This document shows positions 12,730 through 25,924 of a DNA stretch of 64,000 nucleotides, in pieces. Every line of letters starts with the position of its first letter. The first letter of the stretch is position 1. Origin of the DNA: Lama guanicoe (Eukaryota); contig MU053911.1 of NCBI GenBank assembly GCA_013239625.1, positions 757,590 through 821,589 on the forward strand. Direction: 5' to 3'. The position numbers and the translations under genes were made by a program. The notes below the pieces were generated by a model that did no database searches, was not told where the DNA came from, and worked only from the letters and a program-made list of their open reading frames with translations.

Positions 12730-13748
12730 CTGTACACCCGTGACTCTCAGACTGGCATCTTTACCCTGGGTGTCTCCCGCCCTCACACGTACGTACCCAA
12801 ACACCTTGGCGGCATCTGTATTTGGATGCCGAGCAAATATTCCAAATATAACGTGTGTGAAATGGAACTCCTGGTCTCTCCCGAAAACCTGCTACACCCC
12901 AGCGTTCCTGTCTCAGTCATAGCTCTCCCCCGTTCAGGCTTTCTGGCCTGAAATCTGGCGTCACCCTCTGCTGCCGTCTTTCTCCCACACCCCACGCGTA
13001 ATACACCCCAACCCTCAGGGTCCCCAAGAACGTGGGGAGGTGGAGGTCCACTGCCCCCTCACCTCCTCATGGCTGCTGCTGCCCCAGTCATCGCCACAGC
13101 CTCTGGCTGCTGTCCTGGCCCCGCGCCTGCTGTCCTGCTGTTATTCTCAACGTTGCAGCTGGTGGGATCCTCTTCAACTTAACCAGATCAGTCCACGGTT
13201 TCACTCAAAACCTTCTGATGGCTCAGACTAAAAACCAAGGTCCACAAGATCCCAAATGGTTCAGACCTGAGTCATTTCCACCCACAAGTCTCCTCCCTCA
13301 CTAACATCACTGCAGGCACAGCCCTCCTTGCTGCTCTTGGGACATCCCAGACGCGGTTCGGCATCCATCTCATCATTCCTGTTGTTCCCTGATACCTTCC
13401 TGGCTGCTGCCACCCCTGCTCCAGGTGGGGTTCCTGCTCAGGCGTCGTCCCCTCAGTGAGCCCCACGCTGACCCCTGTGTTCAGTTCCAGTCCAGCCTCC
13501 CTTCCTGCCCACACCTCCAGCCCTCCCTGCTCTGCTCCATTCTTCCCTAGTGCTTATCCCCTGTAACACATCACAGAATTTATTTATTATTTGTTTTGTC
13601 TCAGTCCCCCACTAGAATATCCTTCCCCCTTGGCAGGGATTATTGTCTATTGTTTAAACCACCACTTCCCAAGTCCACAGAACAGTCCTTAGTTCGCAGT
13701 AGCTCACAGATTTATCATATGCAAGAAATATTTGTTGAATGAATGAAA
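12730..13748 (+). mobile_element. L2 LINE 3' portion
   Basis: Pyrimidine-rich L2-like body (gaactcctggtctctccc...cctgctacacccc; ccttctgatggctc; cccccactagaatat...ggcagggatt) ending in the diagnostic aaatatttgttgaatgaatgaa tail. Confidence 0.8.
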
Positions 13749-13899
13749 TGCAGGTCCCCAAAGTCAACCTCCATCTTCAAGGGAAATTCAACGGTGCCGT
13801 GCCCAACTCCCAGTGGCCCCTGGTACTGATCAGCCTAACTGCTGATTGATAAATGTGGGCAGACCAGACCCCTGTTGTCATCTGTGGAAAATCAGCAGC

Positions 13900-15180
13900 C
13901 TGAAAGAGAATAAGCAAACTAAACAAGCAATTAAAATGACCCCTAAAAACAAACAAATAAAAACAGACAATATAGACACAGGATGTAACATTTAAAAGAA
14001 AAAAAAGTGAAACTTGACTTCAGGGACTATCACATCCAAAAAAGAAGCGCAGGCTGCAAAAGGCGCCGTTCAGAGCCAGAACGGCCCCTTGGAATCTAGA
14101 AACGTACTTGCTAAACTTAAAAGTCAACAAACGGATGACGCCGCGTTAGCAGACGCTCCAAGTAACTGAATTGGTAACTTGAAACTACATCTTTTGTTAT
14201 TTTTACATTTTTTTAATTAAAAACTTTTTTTACTGACATAGGGTCGGTTTACGATGTTGTGTTAATTTCTGGTGTACAGCGCAGTGATTCAACATAAACA
14301 ACCCAACCCAAAAATGGCAGAAGACCTAAACAAGCAATTCTCCAGCGAAGATGTACAGATGGCCAAGAGGCACAAGAAAAAGTGCTCAGGATTGCTAATT
14401 ATCAGAGAAATGCAAATAAAACTACAACGAGGTGTCACCTCACACCAGTCAGAATGGCCATCATTCAAAAATCCACAAATGACAAATGCCGGACAGGCTG
14501 TGGAGAAAAGGGGACCCTCCCACACTGCTGGTGGGAATGCAGTCTGGTGCAGCCACTGCGGAAAACAGTGTGGAGATTCCTCAAAAGACTAAAATTAGAC
14601 TTACCACGTGACCCAGGAATCCCACTCCAGTGGAACGTCATCTTGAGCAAGTCTTCCCTGACTTAAAAAGAAAACAGGGTAGAAAGTGTGGCAAAGGGCT
14701 TAAGACAGAAGAAATACAGATCCAGAAGGTGCAGTGTAGGTGTCAGAGGTATCAGGCGGAGAGAATGGAGAGAAATCATCAGAAAAAGAAAAAGAAAATC
14801 TCTTAAACTGAAGATGGACTTCAGTTATTAGGACAAAAGGGTCCACCAAGTGCCACAAAGGGGAAGACTGTTAAAATGACGGCGATTTCACAGTCAAAGA
14901 AACAAGGGAAATTTTCCTTGAGCTAAAGATGGACTTAAATCACTAAGGAAAAAGTACACCCCAGTTTCCTGGATCAGATTATTAAAAGAAAACACATATA
15001 TAGCTATGTCCTAGTCAAAACTCTGTAACTAGAAGAATCTAATTTTCTAGAAACAAAACTGTTTCCCTAGCTGAGAAGGAGATTCAGACTAACACTGGAC
15101 TTCCCGACTATAATCGTGACTACTAAGGGAGAAGTCAAACAGTTCATCAGAGTCCTGGAGAAGACATGTCTACAACTGGC
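13900..15180 (+). mobile_element. Very old L1/HAL1 ORF1-like relic, interrupted by a younger L1 at about 14195-14630
   Basis: A-rich purine-skewed sequence with gaaaatctcttaaactgaagatggacttcag...aaagggtccaccaagtgcc and attcagactaacactggacttc, resembling decayed L1 ORF1 motifs. Confidence 0.5.
14195..14630 (-). mobile_element. 5'-inverted LINE-1 insertion (minus-strand 3' end at about 14225-14290 fused to plus-strand ORF2 piece at about 14291-14628)
   Basis: T-rich tail plus tcggtttacgatgttgtgttaatttctggtgtacagcgcagtgattc (reverse complement of the L1 terminus), immediately followed by plus-strand ORF2 sequence (ORF 14382-14666 ...[41 protein letters not shown]). Confidence 0.85.
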
Positions 15181-17450
15181 AGGCGAAATGCATGCTTCTT
15201 TGCGCTGGCAGGAAAGTGGCTGGCTAAATGATTATCTCATGCTTATGTGAAACATGGTTTCCAATTGCCTTTTCTCATAAACATATTAAGCTGAGTTAAA
15301 GGAAATCTTCCAGAAAGTGACTGTGATTTCTCTCCTCTTGAGTAAAATTTCTTAATCATTTCAGACTTTCTGTGGACTAGAGCATCGTAATAAAATGTAT
15401 TAGGAAGACACTGCAAAAGCACACTGAAATATATAACTAGGTCTTAGAGCAGAAATAAGCACACTGCAGTGTGTTCATGCGCTCAGCTGTAGCAAGACTG
15501 GCTCACGGTTGCTGTCAGACCTTGCACATTAATTTGAAGCAAGATCTATGTGTTTAATAAACGGAACCTGATTGATAGTGACCATCACGTGGGACAGAAT
15601 GAAGTATACGTTTATATACATAAACCCTAACAGTTCCTGGAAGCTTCCCTTACATGTTTCACTCCTCTGATCACCCCGGGGAGTCATCCCCACTGTCCTT
15701 TATCCGTTAGTGACAAACAAAAGACATGGTCAACGGGCAGTTGTGTTCCCTGGGACTTTTGCTTTTGCAGCTGGTGTATTTGCCCCAGTTTTACATCCAA
15801 ATCATAAAAAGTTCTCAGACATATTACTCATCAATTACTTCCACCCACCTATGGCTTTAGTGAAAGGCCTGTTCTTAGGCCGTTAGGAGAATACACCACT
15901 TCAGAATGTTTATTTTACATCACCTATGTTGTCATCACACTAGAAATAGTGTGGGCGGAAAAGTCGCTTGTGCCACTGTGGACACCAGCACAAGGCAAAT
16001 AAGAAAAAGCACCCATGCTACACAAATTTTAAATGTTCAAGTCAAATGACTTACTCTCTTTCCTACAATGACAGTTGCCCTGCTGAGTAAAACCCAGTTC
16101 ACATCCCACGATACACTGTAAAATCAGCACCAAATTGCTGGGGAAGACAACGTGCCGAGCGGCTGTCCACCTCTGTCTCCCCCGTGATCACTTTGGGTGC
16201 ACACCCTGACATCAGTGCAGGCGTCCGTCTCTCCTCTGCTGCTGAGTCCCCGGTGCTGGAACCGGCGTCCATCTCTCCTGTGCTGCTAAGAGTGTCCCGA
16301 TGTTTTGAACTTCCTCGAACCAACGTCCAGGTAAGACCCTCGTGCTTCTCGAGGGCTTTGTCTGATCATCGAACACCCACTGAGCATGGCCTTCGTGGTC
16401 TTTCCACCCAAAAGTCAGTCTAACATCCACTCTCAGTGACGGCCGCGGTCCTGCTCACCACCTTCCGAGGGAGGGAGGGGTCAGCAGGTGTGCATTTCCT
16501 GTTCGACGCTGTTTCACAGCTTTCCTTGCTTGTAACAAATACCTTCATATCTTTTAGCTTCTCTAGTAGCACTACACCTCTTGAGATTTCTGTGAAGGAG
16601 GTATCCTCAGATTAAAATCAGCTCTTTCAATGTCTTCACTGCAAGAAGGGAAAGGAATTAGGTGGGGAATGTCATCGAGTTTGGCTAAAAATATCGCCCG
16701 TTGCTGCTGGAGTGGTGCAGGCGATCTGTGCTCAGCCCGGCAGGCGCTGCGGGCTCTGCCCCCAAGGCCAGCAGCTCAAAGCAGAAGAGCCCACAAGCCA
16801 AGTCCCGCCGAGTTACAACAAATTGAGGTGGAATGTGCGCGAATTACAAAGACAATCAGAACACACCACCCTTCCTCTGTTCTCCTGGAATAAACACTTA
16901 GAAACACACTTTGTATTTTGAAAACTAACTCATTCCCCCAAAGCACAAGTTCCAAATGCTTCACCCGCGATGTCTGGAGCAATGGCGAGCCACCCCCTGA
17001 GGGGGGCCTGGGAATGGAATAAGCTGGGACACTGTAGCTGCTGCAACATCTTCCGTTCACCCAGTGTGGCCAGATACCGTCCGTGTACAAGAGAAGCAGA
17101 CAAAGGGACGTGGAAGAGGGGCTGCTTTCACAGACGGCCAACATCAATCCTCTCACCCTGCCTTGAAGTTTTCCCGGACACACGTGTCTCTTTCCAAGGA
17201 GCATCGCCGGGCAGCACACGTCCCACAGGAAGCATCCTTTCCTCTGCAGCCGAAGCTCACGTGGTGCTGGCGCGCCTGGTTCACCAGGGGAGCTGTCAGC
17301 GCCACACACTCACAATGCACACGCAGACACGCCAGACACGGCGCTGTTTAACACAGACCAAGCAATCCAAAATCTAAGCATCTACCAGTTACAGTAAGAC
17401 TTTAAACAAGCTGTGCTTTGTTTGAGGCTTCAGAATTTTTAATTCATTTA

Positions 17451-17525
17451 CTATAACCTTATATATATTTATAATTATATATTTTTATATTTATTTATAT
17501 ATAACCTTATATATATTTATATCTT
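17451..17525. repeat. AT-rich low-complexity/(TA)n repeat containing a direct repeat
   Basis: tataaccttatatatatttata occurs twice within a TA-rich run. Confidence 0.8.
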
Positions 17526-17539
17526 TAATTTGCATTCTT

Positions 17540-17640
17540 TTCCGATGGACGTGTACTCAGTTCACAGTGTGGTGTCAATTTCTGGTGTGCAGCATAAAGC
17601 TTCGATCATACAGATACACACCTATGTTTGTTTTTATATA
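17540..17640 (-). mobile_element. Short L1 3'-terminal fragment
   Basis: cagttcacagtgtggtgtcaatttctggtgtgcagcat is the reverse complement of the L1 3' end. Confidence 0.65.
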
Positions 17641-18894
17641 ATGTTATATTATTTTTAACATTTATAATGAGGAAGTTTTTACCTCTCTATTAGAAATGGA
17701 TTTAAAAACTAAACAATGAGTCAAGATGAGGGAAATAAAGGGGGAAAGCATGCAAAATAGCACTGCTCCTGGAAGGGTGTTCACCGAGCTGCTGACTGAT
17801 GGTGTTCATATGTTTCAATTATATAAACGTCATAGTGTGTAAGTTATTACTAACCACATGTACTGTCTTTTCTAATCCACGGCCAAGTTTGGAAGCCAGT
17901 GGTTTACAGGACAAAGTCGTCACTTACCCATCCCTGTGGACGTTGCTGCAGTGCAGAGATAGTCACTTGTTGGATAAATATAAATACATACGAATAAATG
18001 AATGAAGTTTTGAACAGCATCATACAACTATCATACATTTTCTTTGGAGAAAAAGAAGCTAACGCAGTCACGGTGCCCAGGAAGCGCTGACATGAGCATT
18101 ACGGGCCAGGAGCCCCTTCGAGCCGAGAGGGAGAGCCAGACCAACCCACTTCCTGAACAAAGTTTAGAAATGGATGGAGGCGTTCCTTCCATCCCCCCAC
18201 CCCACCCAGCCCCGTCTCGACTTCACATTCAGGCACCCAGGGCTCTGCTGTTCTCTCCCACTTTCAACAAAACCTGCTTTCAGCAGAGTCCTAGCTCCCT
18301 GTCCTGTCCGCGTCGGCACGAGTCCGGCTCGTGTCCCCGTCCGGTGTGGGGGGAGGGGACCTGGGACGATCTCCTGGGACGATCTCCTGCTTTGCAGTGG
18401 GGCTCTTTGGACACCAAAGCCACGCCCGGGGGCCTGGGAGGGAACGCCCGTGGGCGCGACTGCGAGATCACAGCAGCTGGTGCGCAAATGCGGTCTTTGA
18501 AATGGACGTGGGTGCTGGCTGTCAGCTACGCGTTTTGGAAGAGTGGGTGGGTTACGGCCACAGAAGCAGCTCAGACACCCCCGATGTGGAAAAATGGCTC
18601 CGGAACCACGCATGTGGGCCCTGCGGATGGCGCTGGGTGATCCCACCCCGACCCCCGGCCACTCTCACCAGGGGTGAGCCAGGCGGGAAAGAAAGCGGCG
18701 TCTGGAGGCCAGTCTGAGGCCACGGGGCCTGCCGCTGGCCCAGCTGTTCGCGTCCTCGCCGAGCCTGCCCTGGGCCTTGCCTCTCAGCCGCTGGGCCTCC
18801 CGGGCCCTCTCCTGCCTCAGTTTTCCCCGCGGCTCTCCTCGGTGTGTGGTCTCCTGCGTATTTCTCATTTGTCTTTTTTATGGTCTATTCACCT

Positions 18895-19010
18895 TCATTG
18901 AAGCATAAGACCCATTAGGGCAGGAATTTTTGTGGTTTTGTTTACTGCTGTGACCTCAGTGCCTAAAACCGTCTGGCACACACTAGGTGCTCAATAAATG
19001 CATGTTAACT
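18895..19010 (+). mobile_element. L2 3' end
   Basis: ggggcaggaatttttgtggttttgtttactgctgtgacctcagtgcctaaaaccgtctggcacacactaggtgctcaataaatgc is the classic L2 terminus. Confidence 0.85.
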
Positions 19011-19519
19011 AGACAAACTATTGTACAAAGATTCCATAATTGCAGTAAATGGTGATTGGCTTGCTGTTTTATGATGGAGGACGATCTGTCAGCCAGGAGG
19101 GGCAGAAAGCTTGGCGGAGTGTGAGCGCTGAGGGTGGGGGATTGGCCGGAGTCAGCCGGGCGAGGGGGCGGCACACATCAGGCCAAGTGCCAGCACAGTG
19201 AGGCCAGAAGTCTGTGCTCTGAGACCCCAAGAAGGTGGTTACTGCCGGAGAAACGAACAGAGAGGGTGATCTAGACCTGGATGAACAGTGGGCAGGAGCT
19301 CAGACCTGGAGGGCATCGCGCCCTGCAGGCATTTTGGAGTTTGTCCTGCAAGAGTGAGGGGCCATGTAGTCACTTTAAGCAGGGAAGTGGTGTTATTAGA
19401 CCAGCAGTTCAGAACTCGGACTCCGGGATGGAGAACGCCTGGAGGAGGGCTGGGCCAAGTGAGAGGCCCCTGCTCTGGTAAAGTGTGTGCCCCAACGAGA
19501 GACAGAACGTGAACCATCG

Positions 19520-19625
19520 CATTGTGCATTTCAACTCAAAGAACTTATTTTTTTCCACATTTTAAAATTTCTGAAGTGGGGATAGGTTATAACCAACAGT
19601 GCCTTAAACCTGAACGACATGATAA
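19520..19625 (+). mobile_element. MER104-like Tc1/mariner-family MITE
   Basis: ttttttccacattttaaaatttctgaagtggggataggttataacc resembles MER104 as I recall it (ttttttcacattttaacatctctgaaatcgggatg). Confidence 0.5.
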
Positions 19626-19714
19626 GACGCATCGGAGAGGTGCTGTGATGAGGGAGACGTCATGGCGCAGCAGGGAGGGCACGGAAGGCCTTTGGACCGA
19701 GTGGTAAGATTCAG

Positions 19715-19848
19715 CTGTTAGTGGGAGCAAAATTTGGTGCAGCCACTTTGGAAAATTGTATGGAGATTCCTTAAAAACTAAAAATAGACTTAGCACATGA
19801 TCCAGCAACCCCACTCCGGCGCATAGATCCGAGGGAACCCTAATACGC
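19715..19848 (+). mobile_element. L1 ORF2 3' fragment
   Basis: gtgggagcaaaatttggtgcagccactttggaaaattgtatggagattccttaaaaactaaaaatagacttagcacatgatccagcaaccccactcc. Confidence 0.85.
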
Positions 19849-20123
19849 ATTCCCCAGTCTGTCGCCTGTGGCGGGCACCTGTCTTCCTGATCAGCTCACA
19901 CCTGTGCCCAGGTGCGGCCCAGGCCAGCCTGGGGGGAGGTCAGGGACAAGCCCAGGGGCCGTCGGGATTCCCTCCAGGGAAGTCCCCTGTCTTCCCCAGA
20001 GTGCTTGGTCGTTTTCTCCTGCCAACTCACCTCTCTCTCTTTTCCCTGAATTTTTACCTAATTCATACATAGGACACATTCTCTTATTTTCTCTCTCACA
20101 CTCTGGCTCCTGTACTTGCCTTC

Positions 20124-20291
20124 CACACCCACGCACACACACATACACACACACACCCGTGCCCACACACCCACGCACGCACACACACTCGCACACATGC
20201 GCGTGCACAGACACACATGCACACACACCACACAAGACACACGCACACACAGGCACGCACACACCCACGCACACACAACAAGATGCACGCA
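20124..20291. repeat. Degenerate (CA)n/(CG)n alternating purine-pyrimidine microsatellite
   Basis: About 170 bp of cacacac/cacgcac/cgcgtgcac units. Confidence 0.9.
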
Positions 20292-20971
20292 CTGTTAGGG
20301 AAAGCCCTGTTTCCGTCCGCCTGCTTTGGGCACAGCATCTAGTGATTCTGGAAAGAAGGTCTTTTCTGGAGAATGCCGACAAGCGACAGCCGACTCCCAC
20401 AGAAAGGCCACTCTGCGCCGTCCTCTCCCAAGGGCTGGCTAAACACTAACCCACTCTACCCCCGCCCCCCCGGTAAGGAAGGGACCTCTACTGCCGCATT
20501 GTATAAATACAGAACCAAGGAACAGCAAGCGCGTGCAGAGCTTCTGTCACAGAACCAGGGGTGGCAAAAGCCAGGGTTCGGACCCACTGGCAGGGCCTCT
20601 GCCCCAGGGCGCCTCTGGCTGGCGCAGGGGAGACGCGCTCCGAGTGTGGAAGGGGTTGAGCTTGGTCTCCGGGGAGGGTGCTTTTCCACTTCCAGCTCCA
20701 CATTTCAGGAAGCCGGTGTGCCTATCACCATGCAGCTCATGATTCCATGGATTTGAACAGAACTCGACTCAAATCAAACCCCTCAGCTCACAGCGGTGCA
20801 CCAGCCGGTGGAGTCGGGCTTGTGTGGGGAGGGTAGTTTTGCCGCTGCACTTGGCACTGTGACATCTGACACTTGTGTTTTACATCAGAGCTAGAGAAGC
20901 AACTTGACCTGAGCGACTGTCCTGTGAAACACGCTGGGGGGTCCTGCCCTCCCACTTACAAGGTGCGTGCC

Positions 20972-21105
20972 CCTGTGCCTCAGCTTCCACATCTGTAAAA
21001 TGGGCATAATAGTGACACTTATTTTGTAGGGTTGAGGATGAAAGGAGTTCATACATGGTAAGCTCCTGGGACAGTGCCTGACACATCATAGGCTCTTAAA
21101 AGCAT
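20972..21105 (+). mobile_element. MIR SINE
   Basis: ctgtgcctcagcttccacatctgtaaaatggg core followed by acagtgcctgacacat. Confidence 0.85.
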
Positions 21106-21129
21106 TAGCGACCGCTTCACCCGAGCAGG

Positions 21130-21245
21130 CGCTATTCTAACCCCACTGTTTAGAGAAGACTGGGGCTGGAGAAAGTGGTGACTTGCGCCAGGTCACACAG
21201 CAGGTGGTTGGAGCAATGTCTGACTCCAAACCAAGTGCTCTCCTC
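21130..21245 (-). mobile_element. MIR SINE fragment
   Basis: tattctaaccccactgtttagagaagactggggct...gtgacttgcgccaggtcacacagc is the reverse complement of the MIR core. Confidence 0.65.
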
Positions 21246-24200
21246 ACAGCCCGCAGTCTTCCAGAGAGGTCAGCAGGGCACAGCTGCATCTTGCAGTTTG
21301 TGCTGACCTCTCACCACGTCCCTCGTCCTCTCTTCTCTGCCCCCAAGGACGCACGTTACGGTGTCCTTTCACCCGCAGCACGACCCAGACGAAGGCAGCA
21401 AAGTTGCTGGTTCACCACGTGCTCATTTTGGAATTGCCAAACGATGCTAACATTCAATGTTTCTCAAGAATATGAGCACCCCCAGACTGAGGTATAACAT
21501 CCTAAATTATTCAGTGTTCCACAGTGACTTCCTTACTTCTCCAATGTCATGTTTAGAAATTCTGCTGAGTGGCAGCCTGTCATTGGAGGCGGCCGTGGGA
21601 TAAGAAGCAGAGAGAGGCAGCCCAGCCATGGGGAGCTGACCTTCTGCCCTTGCCTGTGGCTGCACGGGGGCACTCTCCAGAGAGTCGAGGCAGGGCCAGC
21701 CCGTGGCCGGGAAGGTGACGCCCTGCCAGAGCTGCAAGCACACACAGTCAGCGGACAGACCCCAAAGGAGGCACCGCCCCCCTCCCGCCCTCTCTCAGGC
21801 AATCCAGTGAGACTCATCGCCCCTCCAAGGTGCTCACGCCTGGACTCCTGGTCTCACCTGTGTGCGCACAGGAGGCACTGGAGTGGGGGAAGGGACGGGA
21901 AAATCATCGCTGCTAAGGACAGCCCTGCACGAATCGTGGGCTTCTGAACATGCCACGTTCAACAGGCACAGGAGGGGAAGTACCGGAAATTCTCCCCACT
22001 TTATCTTGAAACTTACAGTGTACGAGAGGCACTGCGGCCACATCCAGTTTCTGCTGGAATGGGATCAAAAAGAAGCTAAGTTCATGTGTGCACAGGACAG
22101 TGTTTTGTAGAGGATGGGCCCTGAAATATGACCTTGATTTTGAGGAAGGAGTGGGTAGCAGAAGGCTGACTGTTCTTGTACTGTAAGAACGGTTGTGGGG
22201 ACAGAGTGGGGTCTGAGGGGTGGCGTGCTTGGGAGCCGAGGGCTGTTCAGTGGTGTGGGTGTCACAGCTGGCGATGCAAACCTGCGGAGGCCGCGGGAAA
22301 ACGACGGGATGAATACTCAACCAAAAGACAATCCACCTGATGCCCTCGACACTAAAAGTCCCCAGATGCTAAGCTGAGACTCCAAAGTTGCCTCTTTCCT
22401 TCAGAACAGCTCTACCATACGAGGGGCGCCCAGGACGTGCTATTATCCTGCACCCGAAAGAATGGCGATTGTAAGTCTGTGGAGATAGCGCCTAATCCCA
22501 CATTCCACCTTGGCTAATAGAGAAAATGATATCTTCATTCATCATATAACTTGAACAGTGGGTAATCAAACAGTCACTGACATGAGTTTCAGCGATACGT
22601 ATTAATTCAAAGAGAGGGGATTAGCATCTTTCTATCTTTGATTTGTTTCTCAAAGCCTTCTTGTGACAGGCACCTTTGACCCTGTCTGGGCACGTTTCAT
22701 GCAGCTTTTCGTAGAGACTGGTCAGAAGATTACCTCCGAGAGCCACCTGGGAGGAGCACGGTGCTCGCTAGACCGGACAAGAGAAAGCACAGTGTCACAA
22801 TGTAAATACCAGTGTGCAAAATAGAAATTGGTGTAAAAAGCTGGATTTTACCAAGAGACGGATACTCCACAAATTTCACCATGAGATGATTCATAAATCT
22901 CACAGTAGTATGTTTTTCATTTTAATATAGTTTGATTATGTTGCAATATTTTTCCAAAATGAAAGTAGAATGTGGCTCAGAAGTAAGTCTGCTTTATATA
23001 TGCATAGATTCTGATTTCATCTCGGGGGAAAGATCTACTGGGGACTACAGAAGTTGGAAAAGCAATATAGAATGCACAAGCTAACGTGCAACTCAGGGAC
23101 CCGTTAAAAGAACAAATTTGTGCATAAGGTCCCTTGACTTCAAGAATGGTCATAAATGTGTTCTCAGTACCACTTTGTCTTAAAACTACACCTGAAACAC
23201 ACACACACAGACTCAAAGTCAAGCGGATAATTAACTTGACCGTCCAGTGCGGAAGGGCATCTCTTCTCAAACCCTGATTCTCTCCCCAGCTCGTCACGGA
23301 CTTCATTTTTAGGATTTTTGAGGCAAAAGAAGAAGGCTTTTTGGCTAGCTCCTCGAGTCCCCTCCCTCACGCTGACACAGCCCCCCGAGGCTCGGGCAGG
23401 GAAGTGGCGGCTCCTCCGTCTCCTTCCCGATGCAATGATCCCCCTCCCACTTCACTGCTTCCTCCTGAAGCCTGCGGTGCTTTGCCTCAGGCTGTCTCTC
23501 TTCTTAAGGGAAACTGGACACAGCTTAAGCAGTTGACGATTCTGACTTCCACGGTCCGTTAAGACAGCACCGCAGCTACCAGCCCAGGGACCCCCAGGAG
23601 AGCCCAGATGCTGCACTGCGGCGAGCCTCCACTTCCGGGCATCTGCGTCTCCCAGACGGGCCGTGGACCACACTGCCCAGGGGCCAACAGCACACGCAGC
23701 AGCCTTGTTGGTCTGATAGAAGAGGGACGGCCCCATTTCTGTTCAAATCCGGTAATTAATTCCTCTTCCCACACCCCCTGGTCCCTTCTCATGCCATGTC
23801 AGACCAATGGCCAAAAAAGAAAAAGAAAAACAAAGGCAGAAGGCTGCATGCACAGGGCTAACGAGTGAGGCAAGCAGCTCCCTGCCTCCGGTGTCTTAGC
23901 AGCATCGCTTCTCCTCAGCGTGACCAGCTGGCAGGTGTGATGGGCCAGGAGCCCAAGAGCGTCACCTGCTCGCCAAGGCCTGTCCTCACTCTCCTCTCCC
24001 ACCACGATCTTCTGACAGTTCTTGCAAAAAACGCTTTTTGAAAAGAGAGCGAAGGGGCCTAGTACACCATCTGAGTTCAAAGCTTCAGGTAAGACACTGA
24101 CCAAGCCGCAGTCCTCTCCTCTGCTCATGACTCTCCACTGGTGGGTTCACTCCACCTCTCTCCCAAGACGGCACCTCAGCTCCCAGGAACAGGACTGTGG

Positions 24201-24837
24201 CCAGCGCTCAGCGGCCTCCCGCCCCCGCCACGCTGACCGCACAGGAAGTCATCACCCCGGTGAGGCGGACTCACCAGTGGCAGAATCAGCCCCCAGCTGC
24301 TCTGGGAAGAACTCAGATTAGTCACAACTCCAGCCTGCAGAGAGGCCAGCTCCAGCCTCTGCCAGAAAAATCCAGGCCCCTGGCCAGGCCTGCCCTCCTG
24401 CTAACGTGTTCAGATGATCACTCAGTATCTTGGAGAGAAAAGGGAACAATACCGCTCAGTCTGTGAAACTAGGCACTGTCTGTACAGAAACAAGATACTC
24501 TGATTTTTTTTTTTCTGGAATTCCGGACTTAAGGAGAATCCCAGACCAGGATGCAGGAAGGTCTCCTGGATGACCTTCTGCCTGTTTCCTGCCAAAGGAG
24601 GAGTGGGCTCCCGAGACCATCCAGCAGGTCGGGAGGAAGTCGGGGCTGCCGCGCTCCAGAAATCTCAGGGCTGCACAAGATTTCCCCGTGAGGTAAGATC
24701 TCGGTGCTTCTGACCAGGTCATGGTTTAACGAGAAAAGAGATAAATGCTTAAAATTTCACCATGGATTCAGAGTTAAGAGGCAAGGCAAAAAAAAAATCT
24801 CTTTGCAGACAATAAGCTTTAGAAATATCAAGGGCTC

Positions 24838-25110
24838 CTAGAAAACAAACTTACGGTGGCTGGGGGGAGGAGGTGGGGAGGGATAAACGGGAGCTCGAGA
24901 GTTGCAGACACTGACTACTGCATATAAAAGAGATAAACAACAGGCTGCTTCTGTCCAGCACAGGGAACTGTATTCAGTACCTTGTAGTGACCTGTAATGA
25001 AAAGGAACATGAAAACAAATAAATGTATTCGCATGTGTGACTGGGACACGATGCTGCACACCAGAAAGTGACCCACTGTAACTGACTCTATTTCGATTAA
25101 AAAGGAAAAA
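24838..25110 (+). mobile_element. L1 3'UTR terminal fragment
   Basis: gaaaacaaacttacggt...ggagggataaacgggag...cacagggaactgtattcagtaccttgtag...gctgcacaccagaaa...tgtaactgactctatttc followed by an A tail; homologous to about 11980-12240. Confidence 0.9.
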
Positions 25111-25924
25111 AGAGCCCCTGTGTGGAGCCGGGGTCTACCAGATGTGTCAGCAGAGCCTGGACTCCGAGAGCTGGGCAAGCGGTGCTGGCTGTGAAGCAGA
25201 CTGGAACGCGGGCTGTGTGGTGTGGTCAGCGTGCCGCGTTGTCCCGGGGCCTCTCCTGTGACGGGAGGGAACTGAATGTCTGTGCAGTGCCCTCATCTCG
25301 CCCCACCTCTGGGTGTGCCTTGGCTCATTAAAAAAAAGGCAAAAGGATCTATTTATTCAACAGTTTTAGCGGAAGAACAAAAGCCAGCATTTATATGGTC
25401 CCTTTGGTCCTCACTACGACATGACCTGTGAAATACTACAATCCTAACAGGTGAGGAAATTATAAAAAGAGACTTCCTGAGGTTCAATTTCAGATAAAAG
25501 TGATGGATCTGCCTTCTGGTGGGAGAAACAAAGCAGGTGGGCCTTCCCTTGTCTTGAGAGAGACTTGGACTCTCTGCTGCTGCTCCTACGGACGTCTGAG
25601 GAGTATTTCCCACCTACTTCTTCAGCAAAGATCATCTCGGTTTCCTAAATGTTCCAAGTCGCCTTCCCCCGTGTCTCAGCCTTCTCCCCGCCCGAGCGCG
25701 GGACCTCAGTCTGGAGCCCTTTGTCTGTGGATCCCGCTCACCTCCTGGGGGTGGCGGCCTCAAGCTCTGTCGTCTGTGCTGATAGCTCGGTGTTTGCTTG
25801 TAAGTGTTTCCACGCTTTGTGTGTATGTTAAGAGCATGCACAGACTTTTACGTAGTTGGAAACACAATGATTATACGGTTTTCTGTCATCTCTTCTTTTT
25901 ATTCAGATTTACATAAGATCCACT

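Noticed and set aside
19868..20449. His/Thr- and Cys/Val-rich ORFs
   Set aside because: Translations of the (CA)n-like microsatellite
24020..24094. Possible plus-strand exon (tcttctgacAG ... cagGTAAGA, FLQKTLFEKRAKGPSTPSEFKAS)
   Set aside because: Splice signals are plausible but the peptide is unrecognised and no partner exons were found; such matches are expected by chance in 64 kb
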